From IMG/VR virus record IMGVR_UViG_3300021185_001174, positions 1-64,000 of that record: DNA of 64,000 bases; one strand, 5' to 3'. The position numbers were made by a program, and so were the translations under genes. Below are positions 1 through 10,610 of the stretch, piece by piece (the first letter of the stretch is position 1; the number at the start of each line of letters is the position of its first letter). This stretch comes from a virus. The notes beneath the pieces were generated by a model that was not told where the DNA came from, did not search any database, and worked only from the letters and a program-made list of their open reading frames with translations.

Positions 1-1
1 A

Positions 2-1348
2 TAGATTTATAATACCATCTTCTGTATCAAGTTTAATAGTTCCGTCTGAATTAACAGTAAAGTTATCTGAATTAATTGTAAATGCATTTGAACCTGCACT
101 AATCTCATGTGTTGATGCATCGAATACACCTTCGATTTCGTTAATCGCACCTACTAGTGTTGATTGATGTACAGTCTCAAGGCCTGTAACATCTCCGATA
201 TCGCCTTGAATTTCTGTGATACCAGTTACAGCTGTTGTTGCTGTATAACCAGTAGCATTATTAATATCATTATGATTACCAAGTTCTGCTCTTAGTTCAT
301 TAATACCTGCTTTAAAATCATTAGCTGATAGACCAGTGAATGATACTCCACTATCATATAGATGTGTATCAATTTGGTTAAGTGCAGTTACTACTTCCTT
401 TGTTGAATATCTTGATTGTAAGTTTTCTACTGTTCCAATATCATCTTGCAATTCATTAACTGCATCTACAATATCACCAGTAATAACTTTAACTGCTTGA
501 CCATTGGTCGCTGGTGTATTAAGTTCTACTATATGAGAATCAGCAGGGGATAGATTAGTAATATTTCCATGATTGGCTCCAGCAATAGTATTACTTAAAC
601 CTAAGAATCTGATTAAATTTCCTGCGGCAAATACACCACTTACTGTTTTAACAAGTAGGGTAGTGGCATTAATATGATATACTGTTCCGTACCAACTACC
701 ATTGGCTTCTACACCTGCAACATTACTTTGTGTAGTGCCCTGATAAGATAATGTACCTTCTGTAATATCAGTTAGAGTATTACTTCCTGTAAGAGGTATT
801 GAACCTGCAATAGTAGGAACATGATAACCAGTAGCAGTTAAGTCTTGTACTAACTCTGTACCGGCCTTAGTAACTCTAATAGAACCGACTTGATAAGATT
901 CTGCAATAATTCTTACTACATTTGCATTACCTATACTACCAGTACCATCTGTTAAATCTTCTCCAGCATTAAAATTACCACTTGTATTTTTAACCAATAG
1001 TTTCTTCTTACCATCTACTATTGAAATACTTACTAGTGTTGCACTAAATCCACCTGATTGTGAAAGAGTAGAATCTGTTGCGAAACTTGCTGGAATGGTT
1101 GTACTATCTTTTAATACAATATATCCGCCGGTATTATCCAGAGTAACTTCTGGTAAGTAAGAAAATACTAGATTACTTCCAAAGAACTTCCCACCATTGG
1201 CAGTTGTAGCTGAATAAGAAAATACTTTATCTGCTAGTCTTGTAGTATCAAGTGTTGTACTATCTCCTTGATTAAAAGAGACTTCATTGGTCTTTTGTCT
1301 TAGTTCTTCTAAAGTATTATTCTTTAAAACTTTAATATCATTTGCCAT
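2..1348 (-). CDS. Tail fibre / fibritin-like virion protein, N-terminal part; runs off the left edge (absent from the ORF track)
   Basis: Translated by hand from the ATG at 1348, which overlaps the upstream stop (TAATG): MANDIKVLKNNTLEELRQKTNE..., open for 449 codons to the edge. Contains repeated fibre-type motifs DIVDAVNELQDDIG, VVTALNQI, FKAGINELRAELG, AVTGITEIQGDIG, LVGAINEIEG. Confidence 0.7.
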   Translation of the reverse strand, partial: MANDIKVLKNNTLEELRQKTNEVSFNQGDSTTLDTTRLADKVFSYSATTANGGKFFGSNLVFSYLPEVTLDNTGGYIVLKDSTTIPASFATDSTLSQSGGFSATLVSISIVDGKKKLLVKNTSGNFNAGEDLTDGTGSIGNANVVRIIAESYQVGSIRVTKAGTELVQDLTATGYHVPTIAGSIPLTGSNTLTDITEGTLSYQGTTQSNVAGVEANGSWYGTVYHINATTLLVKTVSGVFAAGNLIRFLGLSNTIAGANHGNITNLSPADSHIVELNTPATNGQAVKVITGDIVDAVNELQDDIGTVENLQSRYSTKEVVTALNQIDTHLYDSGVSFTGLSANDFKAGINELRAELGNHNDINNATGYTATTAVTGITEIQGDIGDVTGLETVHQSTLVGAINEIEGVFDASTHEISAGSNAFTINSDNFTVNSDGTIKLDTEDGIINL

Positions 1349-1548
1349 TATTTACCACCTAGTGTTTTAAGGAGTTCTTTTATTTCAGCCATATCGGCCT
1401 TTAAACTTTGAAATTCATCTTCGAACTTCTGCTGATTTTTTATTTGTTTAAGTCGATTTTCATAACCATTCATACTAGTATTTATAATGGCATTACTATG
1501 GATATCTCGTTCTAATTCCAAATTATTTTTTATTTTTACTCTTTCCAT
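1348..1548 (-). CDS. Small hypothetical protein with C-terminal coiled coil (probable start ATG 1548; track start 1563)
   Basis: MERVKIKNNLELERDIHSNAIIN...LKADMAEIKELL; tightly packed between two structural genes. Confidence 0.7.
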   Translation of the reverse strand: MERVKIKNNLELERDIHSNAIINTSMNGYENRLKQIKNQQKFEDEFQSLKADMAEIKELLKTLGGK

Positions 1549-1549
1549 T

Positions 1550-4500
1550 TTATGTATTCGCAATTGCCCTTAGATTTTTAACAGTAGGGACATAACAACT
1601 ATTAGCACTTCTTAATACAATCTTAATTGAAAAAGCACTAAATGGAAATCCAGTTGCAACTTGATAATGTGCTTCGTGATAATTAAATTCATTTTGATTA
1701 ATTGGTAGTGGCAATAAAGGATTAATAAGAGTCCAGCCAATATCATCAAAGTCTATATCAGTATCATCTGTTGCTTTATAGTAAACATCAATACTAGAGC
1801 CAGTAGGTCTATTTGTATCTAAGAAGATATCTATATTACTACCGTCTGTATTTAGTTCTACTTTCTTAGTGATATACTTAGCAATATTACTAGTACCAGT
1901 AGCATTAGTTTCTGCAACATAAGTACCCTTAGTATTATAACCAGCCGCATTAGTAGTGGCATCATTAATTCTATTCTGAACACATATTGCTGATGTTCTA
2001 TTTAAATCAATTACTGGAGATAGATTTTCTATTCCATTATTACTTAGTACTGCGTTTATCTGATAAGTTCCTTGTTGAGTAAGACTGTTATGAGTTTTAT
2101 TAATTCCTGATACAACAGAATTAGGAACTTCAAGTTGAGTATTTTGATTTGCGATAATTGGAACTTCGGTACTATTAGCATAGAGTGTTTGAGCAGAATC
2201 ACTATTTCCATCTAGGGATTTAGTGGTCATTCCAATATGACTAAATGTAATAGTTACATCATCACTCGTATCATCTGGGTTACCAGGGAACTCAAGTGTT
2301 TGTGCATTAAGTCTGGTTAAATCATACATCTGATTTTCTGTGGCTGTAACTTCAACACCACCACCTCTTCTTCCATCGGCCACTGTTGCAGTTTCCTCAT
2401 TACCTAATACTAGTACATAAGAATCATGTTCTGCCTTAGTTACTACATGAGAACCTTCAAATACTGTTCTGGCCAAGCCATTAATACTAGTTGTAGTAGT
2501 AGGAATTGATAGAGTGACTTTGTGTTGAGTATCAGACCCATACATACCATGGTTTGGATGTAGAACTCTAATAGTAGTTGTATTTGCACTTGCATCTTTA
2601 GATAAGAATATAAATGGGTCTGCAACTAGCTCTTTAGGTGGTACTGCATCGTTAATTAAACTTACTGCCGCAGATGAACCTGTAAAGGATGCTCTATTTA
2701 ATTTAAACTTAAGGTCTTTAGTTTGTTCAGGAGTCCAAGTAGAAGCATTTGCAGAAGTAAAGAATACTCCGTTAAATGGCTGTTTAGTAATTCTATAATT
2801 ACCATTGGTTAAATCAAACTTACTAGTCTCTGAAACATATACTTTATATTCACTAGAGTTTGAAACCAATACTATGGCATATTCAGTACCTTCTTTAAGA
2901 TATACTGGATGGTCCCAACTAATAGTGGTCGCGACGTCAGCATTACCAACACCATCATTTGCAGTCATATCTGATGCAACACTAATACTACTTGGGTATA
3001 CAACTGTAGATGCACCTGGTACTTCTCTCTGAGTTGGTATACCATTTTCTACTTCTCTAATAGAAACATGAATTGGAATATTTGCATCTTTAATCGCAAA
3101 GAATAAATCTACTGATGTAGTAAAAATACCACCCTGAGTATCAACTACAAAAGTTTCTGCAAGAGGGTCATAGTATCTAACTAATTCGTGAGTTGTTTCA
3201 CTGGTTCTTTGTGTAACTGCATTAGTTTCACTTACTTCTCTATAAGCAATTCTAGGGACTTTAGTAGAAATAATTGTTTTCTGATATGTTTCTAATACAC
3301 CTTGTGAATAAAAATTAACTAGGGCTTTAGTAGTAGAATTAGCATCAGTATTGCTATTTGAATCAGTTAGTTTAAATTCTCTTGTTCCTGACTTGAATTT
3401 TAATACATCATTTCTAGGAATGATAAATGAACCGATACATCTTCCCGCCGCATCTGATACTAGAGCACCACTACTGCTTCCTGGGTGTGAAGTCTTACCT
3501 TGATAAGTAATAACATCTGCTCTATCAGAGAATTCTTCAAATGATGATTCTTGTCTGCAATAAGCAGTAACATCAACACCATTAAAGAATGCATATAACT
3601 TAGTAGAAGGTTTTAATAGTTCTGCATCAAAGAATATTTTTCTTGACCTCATAAATGGTATGAAATTAACTTCAACAACTGTGTTTGCAACTTCTTTAGT
3701 TTCTCTATCAAATGCAACGTATGCATCTTGGCCTGTTCTAGTTGCAGTTCCTGTTTGTGTAACAGCTCTAGTAACAGTATTAACTTCTGCTCTGGCCTTA
3801 CCCCTAGTATTTGCAACACCAGTTAATCTTTGGCCTTCTCTACCTGAAACAATTTGATTTCTTCGACTTACTACATTGCCTACACTTCTACCAGTCCAGT
3901 TAGTTTCCCATTCGTTCCAAACAGTACCCAGAATTCCCTCTGATTCTGCCATAGTAACAAACTGGTCAAATGCACTTGTATCATCAATGATAATATCTGG
4001 TCTTTGGTCTACATCTTTCCATTCATCTGATTCTGGTGATAGTCTTACTATTCCGTCCCAGATTACTACATCATAAGGATTAACAAATTCGGCATATGAA
4101 GAGTATGGTTGATTAAGCTCAACTACATTTGTATATGGCATTGTAATAATACCACCTTTTGCAGACTTAACTGCAGTACCACTATCTCCTGTTTTTCTAA
4201 TAAGATTGATACTTCTTTCATCAAACTTAGGTCTTAGTATACCTGCATCTCTATCTACTGAAACATCATAATCTGGGTGAGATGCATCTCCGATACCATG
4301 ACCAAAGAAACCATCTACAATAAATCCATTTTTAAATCTTGCTTGACCACTTCCATCAAAGAGTTGTGCCTCTGATGCAGATTTTTCTAATAGTGAAAGT
4401 GATGTATAATATTCTAATCTCTTAACACGAGAATCAATGGCACCAATATCTCTCATAGTATATCTTTTATTATCAATCTTTTGAACTCTAACATCTTCAA

Positions 4501-6952
4501 CACTAAACACATAAGGATTTAAACTAATATTATAAAGGTGAATAGCATTTTCTAAGTTCTGAGGTTCTACTGGATATAAACCTGATTCACCTTTTACTAC
4601 TTTATATGTTCCATCTTTAGCCAGGAATAACTTATCAATTCTTCCAACATAGTGGGTTAGATTATATGAAACTGTGCCAACTGGAGGTAGCATATTAAGT
4701 CCTGAGTGACCAGCACCTGTACTAAATTCTTGGCCTGTTGTTGTTCCTGACCTACCTTTAGTTGGTCTAAAATCTATTACATCTCTTAAGGCCCTTCCGT
4801 TATAAGAACCTATATCAGCATAAGGAATCGCACCATAAGAATCAACCGAGAAATAATTACCAGATTCATTATGGGTAAAACATTTAAAGGTTACAGTAAA
4901 GTTACCTGCAGGAAGAGTTTGTCCACCTTTTAGAATTACTTTACCTCTATCATAATAGGAATCTCTTTGACCGTTATCTAAAATAAACTTATCGGTTACT
5001 ACATTATTTGCAGAATCTCTAATTTCTGTTAACTCTCTAATATCAACCTCATTCAATTCATAAATCGATTGAGATGAACTATATGTAAATGTTGTACTTC
5101 CATTATCTTTTACAGTTTTAGTTTTTACTGAACCTGCAGTAATAGCACCAGTACATATAACGGTAATACTTTCTCCGTCATTACTACCTAGAGTGCTTAA
5201 TGATATAGCTCCACCACCTACACCGCTTACTGTAGAGTCTGGTGCAGACACCGCATCATTATTATCAGATAAGGCTCCAATATGATAAATAACATCATCA
5301 TCATTTGCAAGTGAAACTCCTGATGGCATGTTAATAGTTACAGAAGTACCTGAAATAGTTCCGGAAACTTTTACCCTTACATTATATGCAGCCGTAAAAT
5401 TGCCACCAGTCTTTAGTGTTTTTACTGCTGAAGTTGGTAGTGAGTATATTAAACTATTATTACCTGTTTCGAATCTAGTTCCTAAAATACCAGTAGTAAC
5501 TAAAGTACTACCATTTCTTGCACCTAAATTAGCTTCAAAGTTAGTGCCTTGAGAAACTTTTTGAACTGAACTAAATGCTTGGCCAGAGGACATTGTTACA
5601 TCAAAGATGTATAATCTAAAGTGTTGTGGAGAAGCTGAATCATGTTCGAAGCCTCTTGCTCTTGCAGTACCTATAGTCGCACTACTTGAATTCAATAAAT
5701 TTACTGTAGTAAAGTCATTAATATCTGGTGTGCCTTCACACTCGTTAGGGTCTAATTTAATATAGTTACCAAATCCAACAGATTGAGTAATACCATTAAT
5801 TACCCTTTCATCAGATGAACCTCTACCCTTGTCTAAGATTACATGATTGGTTTGAGTTTTTTCTATTCTTCGGCCTTCAATATATGCAACACTAGGTTCT
5901 ATGCCTATTGCAAGTTTTGCATCATTACCACCTTGACTGGAAGTTAAGTAACCATTATTTCCAGCTTCGTCATTTAAGTGTTCTTTTATATCAAGGATAA
6001 ACGGTGCAAGAATATAGTCTCCTGATTCTTCTGATGTTCTTCTTTCAAATCTATCAGAGAGTCCAGTATCAATAGGAGCATCATCTTTCTTGGTAATTAT
6101 ACCAGATTTAATATTTGCTAGGTGAATGTAGTCATTGACAGCCCTACTATCTAAGCTAATATTCTCTTTAATTAGATTTAGATTGATAACATATCTATTA
6201 GCGCCTGGAGCAGATTCATTAGGACTTCCTGTAGCATTATCTACTAAATCTTCAAAGCCTGAATCTAGGTTGGACTTTTCACCACCTGTAACTTCTAAAC
6301 CAATGATGTAAGTTGGAGTATTACTATACTTATCAAGGAGGATAGTTTCGGCTGGTACATGAACAAATGAACCGTTAACAAAAAATACACCTTCTTCAAT
6401 TGCATATGCTGAACCAAAACCAATAGGATTTGCAACTGCACCTACACCTGTTGAAGAACTTACTGTCGCACTTACAACACTACCAGTAGTAGTTGAAATA
6501 ACATCACCTTCTGAAAAGATTGAAGTTGTTGTATTAGTACCAGAGTTTACATATTCAAGATAAAGAGTATCAGGTTCTGCAGTACCACCAACTGTTTCTG
6601 CGGCAACTACTTTTAATACTTTTGCCTTAAGACCGGCAGTATTTGTAATCTCTTTACCTACGAAAGTGGAAAGATAAGTAGAAATGGCAGTACTACTATG
6701 AGTAGGATTTAACTTAATGTATTGATAGTTACTAACAAGAAGTGTTTGCTTACCACCGAGCACTCTATCGCCGTCAGCAAAGGTATATTGTCCTAACTTA
6801 TCAATTTGTGCTTGGAGTGCAGTTTGTAATTGAGTTAATTCTCTTGCCTGAACTGCGAATCCTGGACGAAATAAAATCCTATGATAGTTCTTTGTTTCGT
6901 CAAAATCATCATAGTATGGAGCGCCGAATTTTTTTACATTTGTTATAGCCAT
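1550..6952 (-). CDS. Large virion structural protein, DUF4815 / VrlC-like (baseplate-associated)
   Basis: N-terminal PYYDDFDETKNYHRILFRPGFAVQARELTQLQ signature, plus later FKNGFIVDGF, YYDPLAETF and WTPEQTKDLKF motifs typical of this family in marine T4-like phages; 1800 aa. Confidence 0.8.
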   Translation of the reverse strand: MAITNVKKFGAPYYDDFDETKNYHRILFRPGFAVQARELTQLQTALQAQIDKLGQYTFADGDRVLGGKQTLLVSNYQYIKLNPTHSSTAISTYLSTFVGKEITNTAGLKAKVLKVVAAETVGGTAEPDTLYLEYVNSGTNTTTSIFSEGDVISTTTGSVVSATVSSSTGVGAVANPIGFGSAYAIEEGVFFVNGSFVHVPAETILLDKYSNTPTYIIGLEVTGGEKSNLDSGFEDLVDNATGSPNESAPGANRYVINLNLIKENISLDSRAVNDYIHLANIKSGIITKKDDAPIDTGLSDRFERRTSEESGDYILAPFILDIKEHLNDEAGNNGYLTSSQGGNDAKLAIGIEPSVAYIEGRRIEKTQTNHVILDKGRGSSDERVINGITQSVGFGNYIKLDPNECEGTPDINDFTTVNLLNSSSATIGTARARGFEHDSASPQHFRLYIFDVTMSSGQAFSSVQKVSQGTNFEANLGARNGSTLVTTGILGTRFETGNNSLIYSLPTSAVKTLKTGGNFTAAYNVRVKVSGTISGTSVTINMPSGVSLANDDDVIYHIGALSDNNDAVSAPDSTVSGVGGGAISLSTLGSNDGESITVICTGAITAGSVKTKTVKDNGSTTFTYSSSQSIYELNEVDIRELTEIRDSANNVVTDKFILDNGQRDSYYDRGKVILKGGQTLPAGNFTVTFKCFTHNESGNYFSVDSYGAIPYADIGSYNGRALRDVIDFRPTKGRSGTTTGQEFSTGAGHSGLNMLPPVGTVSYNLTHYVGRIDKLFLAKDGTYKVVKGESGLYPVEPQNLENAIHLYNISLNPYVFSVEDVRVQKIDNKRYTMRDIGAIDSRVKRLEYYTSLSLLEKSASEAQLFDGSGQARFKNGFIVDGFFGHGIGDASHPDYDVSVDRDAGILRPKFDERSINLIRKTGDSGTAVKSAKGGIITMPYTNVVELNQPYSSYAEFVNPYDVVIWDGIVRLSPESDEWKDVDQRPDIIIDDTSAFDQFVTMAESEGILGTVWNEWETNWTGRSVGNVVSRRNQIVSGREGQRLTGVANTRGKARAEVNTVTRAVTQTGTATRTGQDAYVAFDRETKEVANTVVEVNFIPFMRSRKIFFDAELLKPSTKLYAFFNGVDVTAYCRQESSFEEFSDRADVITYQGKTSHPGSSSGALVSDAAGRCIGSFIIPRNDVLKFKSGTREFKLTDSNSNTDANSTTKALVNFYSQGVLETYQKTIISTKVPRIAYREVSETNAVTQRTSETTHELVRYYDPLAETFVVDTQGGIFTTSVDLFFAIKDANIPIHVSIREVENGIPTQREVPGASTVVYPSSISVASDMTANDGVGNADVATTISWDHPVYLKEGTEYAIVLVSNSSEYKVYVSETSKFDLTNGNYRITKQPFNGVFFTSANASTWTPEQTKDLKFKLNRASFTGSSAAVSLINDAVPPKELVADPFIFLSKDASANTTTIRVLHPNHGMYGSDTQHKVTLSIPTTTTSINGLARTVFEGSHVVTKAEHDSYVLVLGNEETATVADGRRGGGVEVTATENQMYDLTRLNAQTLEFPGNPDDTSDDVTITFSHIGMTTKSLDGNSDSAQTLYANSTEVPIIANQNTQLEVPNSVVSGINKTHNSLTQQGTYQINAVLSNNGIENLSPVIDLNRTSAICVQNRINDATTNAAGYNTKGTYVAETNATGTSNIAKYITKKVELNTDGSNIDIFLDTNRPTGSSIDVYYKATDDTDIDFDDIGWTLINPLLPLPINQNEFNYHEAHYQVATGFPFSAFSIKIVLRSANSCYVPTVKNLRAIANT

Positions 6953-6972
6953 TTATATTCTCTCTTTTTATA

Positions 6973-6980
6973 TATTTATA
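6973..6980 (-). promoter_or_regulatory. T4-type late promoter (gp55)
   Basis: TATAAATA in the intergenic gap, 21 nt before the DUF4815 gene. Confidence 0.7.
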
Positions 6981-6989
6981 GAACTTATT

Positions 6990-8408
6990 TTAGAATTCTA
7001 TAATACATTTAATATCTTCAATCTGTGATGCAGTTCTTGAAATAGGTGCTCTATTTTCAAGGAATACTAATTGACCACTACCTTCAACAAATTCTGAATT
7101 CTGAAGTGAGTTAGAGGTAACTGTACTTGAATTACCACCTGTTGGTAAAGTTCCATTAATAGCTTCACCACCTGTAGCAAAGGATTTAAATCCAGTCTTT
7201 CTATTTTGGTAATAGTATAATCTCTTATTTGCAACATCAATTTCTGCAAGGTATGCCTTGGCAGTTGATGTACCACCAGTAAGTAGAGCATCAACATTAT
7301 ATGTAGTGACATCAGCACTTGAATCCATTTGTAAATACTTAAGACCCTTTAGAGTAGATGCTGTTGCAACTGTTGTAGTTGCCGCACCGTTTGCTTGACC
7401 ACTATTATCTGCTCTCTTAAATGGATTTTTAAGAATTCCTATTTGTCTAAAGTCGTTACCAACAGTTAAGTCTCCACCTTCAGCAGAATCTAACTGAGCA
7501 TTAAGAGCAATATAAAAAGCTCCTAGTTCTTTTACTGGGTCAACTCCGTGCCCTAATGGTGGTGATATAACTGCTCTTGCAGAACCACCTGAACCACCGC
7601 CACCACTAATAACGATATCAGCAATAGTATAGTCTGTTCCTTTATTAGTAATATTGATACTTGCAATAGTTTGATTTGAACCTGTTCCAGCCATTGTTAT
7701 TTGAGCCGCTGCAACTGTAGCACTTGTTCCATCACCTGAAATAGTTACAGTTGGTTTACTTGAATACCCTGTACCTGCATTGGTAACTTCAATTCTTTCA
7801 ATACCTGCGGCATTAGCATTAGATGCTGAAAGTATTTGCGAAGACTGTTGCGGAAAGTCTACACTAGTATCTGCCAAAACAGGTGATACTGCCAATGTTT
7901 TTACTGGCATATATGAATTAGTTAAGAATTTTTCCGAATCAGCTGTAGTAATAGTATACATATATTTCCATGTATACCCATCACCTAAAGTAACCGGTGC
8001 AACTCCAGTATGAACTGGCTGTACTGATGTTACTGATGGCCCGGCCTTAATACATTTATAAACTTTAAATTCTGACCTAGTAACAACATAAAATCTTTCA
8101 TCAAAGATGTCAGAATCATTTGAATCCCATGCCACATATGTCTGGCCGTCATCATAATTGTATCTAGGTACTACATGAGAAATGTCACTTGAAGTGACCC
8201 TCTTCATGCCGAGTAATTGTTGGAATGACTCACTAGTATCATCTATGTGGTCACCAGGGACGAAAGGAGTTGTGTCGGTAAGGTCGGAAGTGGCATTCGA
8301 CCAAACATCTGATTTACCGATGGTCAAATAAACACTGGAGCCTGTGACATCTTCCTTGAAATTCTCTGCATTGAGAACTCTAAAAGGGGTTGTAATAATT
8401 GCTGCCAT
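6990..8408 (-). CDS. 8: Baseplate wedge subunit gp8
   Basis: MAAIITTPFRVLNAENF start; VVPRYNY, FYVV..SEFKVYKCI, DGYTWKYMYTI motifs; C-terminal YLENRAPISRTASQIEDIKCIIEF. Confidence 0.9.
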   Translation of the reverse strand: MAAIITTPFRVLNAENFKEDVTGSSVYLTIGKSDVWSNATSDLTDTTPFVPGDHIDDTSESFQQLLGMKRVTSSDISHVVPRYNYDDGQTYVAWDSNDSDIFDERFYVVTRSEFKVYKCIKAGPSVTSVQPVHTGVAPVTLGDGYTWKYMYTITTADSEKFLTNSYMPVKTLAVSPVLADTSVDFPQQSSQILSASNANAAGIERIEVTNAGTGYSSKPTVTISGDGTSATVAAAQITMAGTGSNQTIASINITNKGTDYTIADIVISGGGGSGGSARAVISPPLGHGVDPVKELGAFYIALNAQLDSAEGGDLTVGNDFRQIGILKNPFKRADNSGQANGAATTTVATASTLKGLKYLQMDSSADVTTYNVDALLTGGTSTAKAYLAEIDVANKRLYYYQNRKTGFKSFATGGEAINGTLPTGGNSSTVTSNSLQNSEFVEGSGQLVFLENRAPISRTASQIEDIKCIIEF

Positions 8409-8428
8409 AATTCTTTCCTATGTTTATG

Positions 8429-10609
8429 TTAATCTAAGTTTATAAAACTACTATTGTTATAACTATTTATAGTGTTTTTATATTTGTTTTGTATGATTTG
8501 CGAACCTAATTGTTCTATTGTAAAGTTACTATTAAAGAGTTTATCACTCTCATAAAAACTATTCCCTTTACTATTAAAATAGTTATTTAATCTTGTTTGA
8601 TTTAAATCATTAAGTAATACAATAAGTATTGCCTTAATATCTTTAGCTCTGTATTCTGATACTGCAGTAGAACCTAGTGTAACACTTGGGTCAAATACAT
8701 ATCCGTTACCATTGTTAGTTATACTTATAGTAGTTATTCCTGATGGTAATAGCAATACTTCTGCACTTGCATTACTTCCACTTCCACCACTAAATGTAAT
8801 AGTAGGTGATTCGGTGTATCCACTGCCTTGATTTGTTATTACAACACCATCAACTTCACCTAAGTTATTTATTATAGCATAACCTAAGGCAGTTACACCA
8901 CTAGATGGAGCAGAGAATGTAACACTTGGCCTTGATGAATAATTAGCACCACCTGATATAATACTTACTCTTTGAACTCCTGTTGGTTCTAAATTAAACT
9001 TGGCCGTTGCCTGTACATTAGTACTTAAAGGAATTCCATCTTGGTCAGCTGCAGTAGGTGGTCCAATTTTTATAATAGGAGGTTTACGATATTCTCTAAT
9101 TGCCACAGATTCTGTAGGGAAAGAAAGACTAGTAACTGTTCCAACTCCACTGTTTGCCGATACTGCTAGTGAAGCAGAAGTATAACCAGTATTTGTTCCA
9201 CTTATAGTAACCGACTCTATCTCTCCTAGTGCATTAAGAACTGGAGTTAATGTAGCATTTCCACCCTCTGCAATTGAAATTGTAGGATTGGAACTAAAGC
9301 CAAATCCAGGGTTAATAACTTGCACTGAAGTAATTGAACCATTAGTAATCTGTGCAGAAAGAACTGCGTTACGACTTATCTTTGCTTCTGCAGTAGGGGT
9401 AAACATAGAAGCAAATGCCTCTACTAATAATGGTATATCTTCAACACCAATTAATCCTGGCTGAATACCAGGCATAGATGATAATGTAAATCTATTAATT
9501 CTAGTAGCACCATAGGCATTTACTAGTTGACTTACCAACTGGCCAGTTTCTGGATTTTTAGTCTGTACTGTAACACCTTTATTGTTATCACCAAATGCCG
9601 CTCTTGTAAGTTGTAAAAGAATTAAAATTTCACCGAAGAATATAAATCCTGCAGGGTGTACTAGTCTATTAAATACACTATCCCAATCTTCAATATTTCT
9701 ACCTGTCTTAATAAGATAACTATATTTTTGGTATCTATAACTATCTTGTAATCTAATTTTTTTCTCTGATAAGAAACCTTTAGTTGAGATAAATTGATTT
9801 GCATCTGAATCCCAATCTCCAGAAGATGGTATAAGAGTATTATCCCATGGTCGGGTTACTTCTACTTCATCTTCAAAGAACAATCTAAAAAATGTGGCTA
9901 TGGAATCTTGTGAACCTCTTACCTTATAAAAATCAATAATTCTTTTATAAAGAGTTGCCTTATTAACTGCTATGTCTCTAGGAATAATAGCGGCAATTTC
10001 TTTTTGCATAAACTTTAAATATTCACTAGTAGGGTCAGCATTATCATCTAGGTTCTTATCAATGTCCATTGCATCTTCTAATGCATTAAGTACATATGAT
10101 GGCCCAGGTCCTACCCAGTTTTTAACCAGAGTAGTTAATTTACCAGTCTTAGTATTATGGGCAGATAATCCACTAACAGTAAAAGTTTTACCTACTTCCG
10201 TAGTACTTTTAGCAAGTGAACCAGGAAGCTCATTACCATTTGATATCTGTACGTTTGCACTAGATAGAGTGATTACTGTTCCGTCATCTAATACTAGTGT
10301 ACTGTTTGCTCCATTGTGGTCTGTAAAGAATTCATTACCATTTGAGTCTGGGTCTGGATATCTAAAGACTGCCTGACCATCTAAAATTCTATCTGAGAAA
10401 GATTCGGTAGTTTGATAAATAAACTCATTCATATTCATAAATTCGTAATATGATTCCAAGAGTTTTTGAATACCGACATTACTAGTAACATCAATATTAT
10501 CCAATATACCATCTGGTATTAATTGTTTTACCTGCAAGTCTTCTTTGGACTTTCTCTTTGAAGAAAATACCGACTCTACATATCCTGGTGAATTATTATC
10601 TATTGACAT
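8429..10609 (-). CDS. 7: Baseplate wedge subunit gp7-like
   Basis: IIDFYKVRGSQDSIATFFRLFF, RLQDSYRYQKYSYLIK and VHPAGF motifs; IxNxGxGY beta-repeats; lies between gp6 and gp8. Confidence 0.8.
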   Translation of the reverse strand: MSIDNNSPGYVESVFSSKRKSKEDLQVKQLIPDGILDNIDVTSNVGIQKLLESYYEFMNMNEFIYQTTESFSDRILDGQAVFRYPDPDSNGNEFFTDHNGANSTLVLDDGTVITLSSANVQISNGNELPGSLAKSTTEVGKTFTVSGLSAHNTKTGKLTTLVKNWVGPGPSYVLNALEDAMDIDKNLDDNADPTSEYLKFMQKEIAAIIPRDIAVNKATLYKRIIDFYKVRGSQDSIATFFRLFFEDEVEVTRPWDNTLIPSSGDWDSDANQFISTKGFLSEKKIRLQDSYRYQKYSYLIKTGRNIEDWDSVFNRLVHPAGFIFFGEILILLQLTRAAFGDNNKGVTVQTKNPETGQLVSQLVNAYGATRINRFTLSSMPGIQPGLIGVEDIPLLVEAFASMFTPTAEAKISRNAVLSAQITNGSITSVQVINPGFGFSSNPTISIAEGGNATLTPVLNALGEIESVTISGTNTGYTSASLAVSANSGVGTVTSLSFPTESVAIREYRKPPIIKIGPPTAADQDGIPLSTNVQATAKFNLEPTGVQRVSIISGGANYSSRPSVTFSAPSSGVTALGYAIINNLGEVDGVVITNQGSGYTESPTITFSGGSGSNASAEVLLLPSGITTISITNNGNGYVFDPSVTLGSTAVSEYRAKDIKAILIVLLNDLNQTRLNNYFNSKGNSFYESDKLFNSNFTIEQLGSQIIQNKYKNTINSYNNSSFINLD

Positions 10610-10610
10610 A

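Noticed and set aside
1479-8471. Intragenic TATAAATA hits (1479-1486, 8464-8471; also about 45193)
   Set aside because: This all-AT 8-mer is expected many times by chance in such an AT-rich sequence; only intergenic or well-placed copies were kept.
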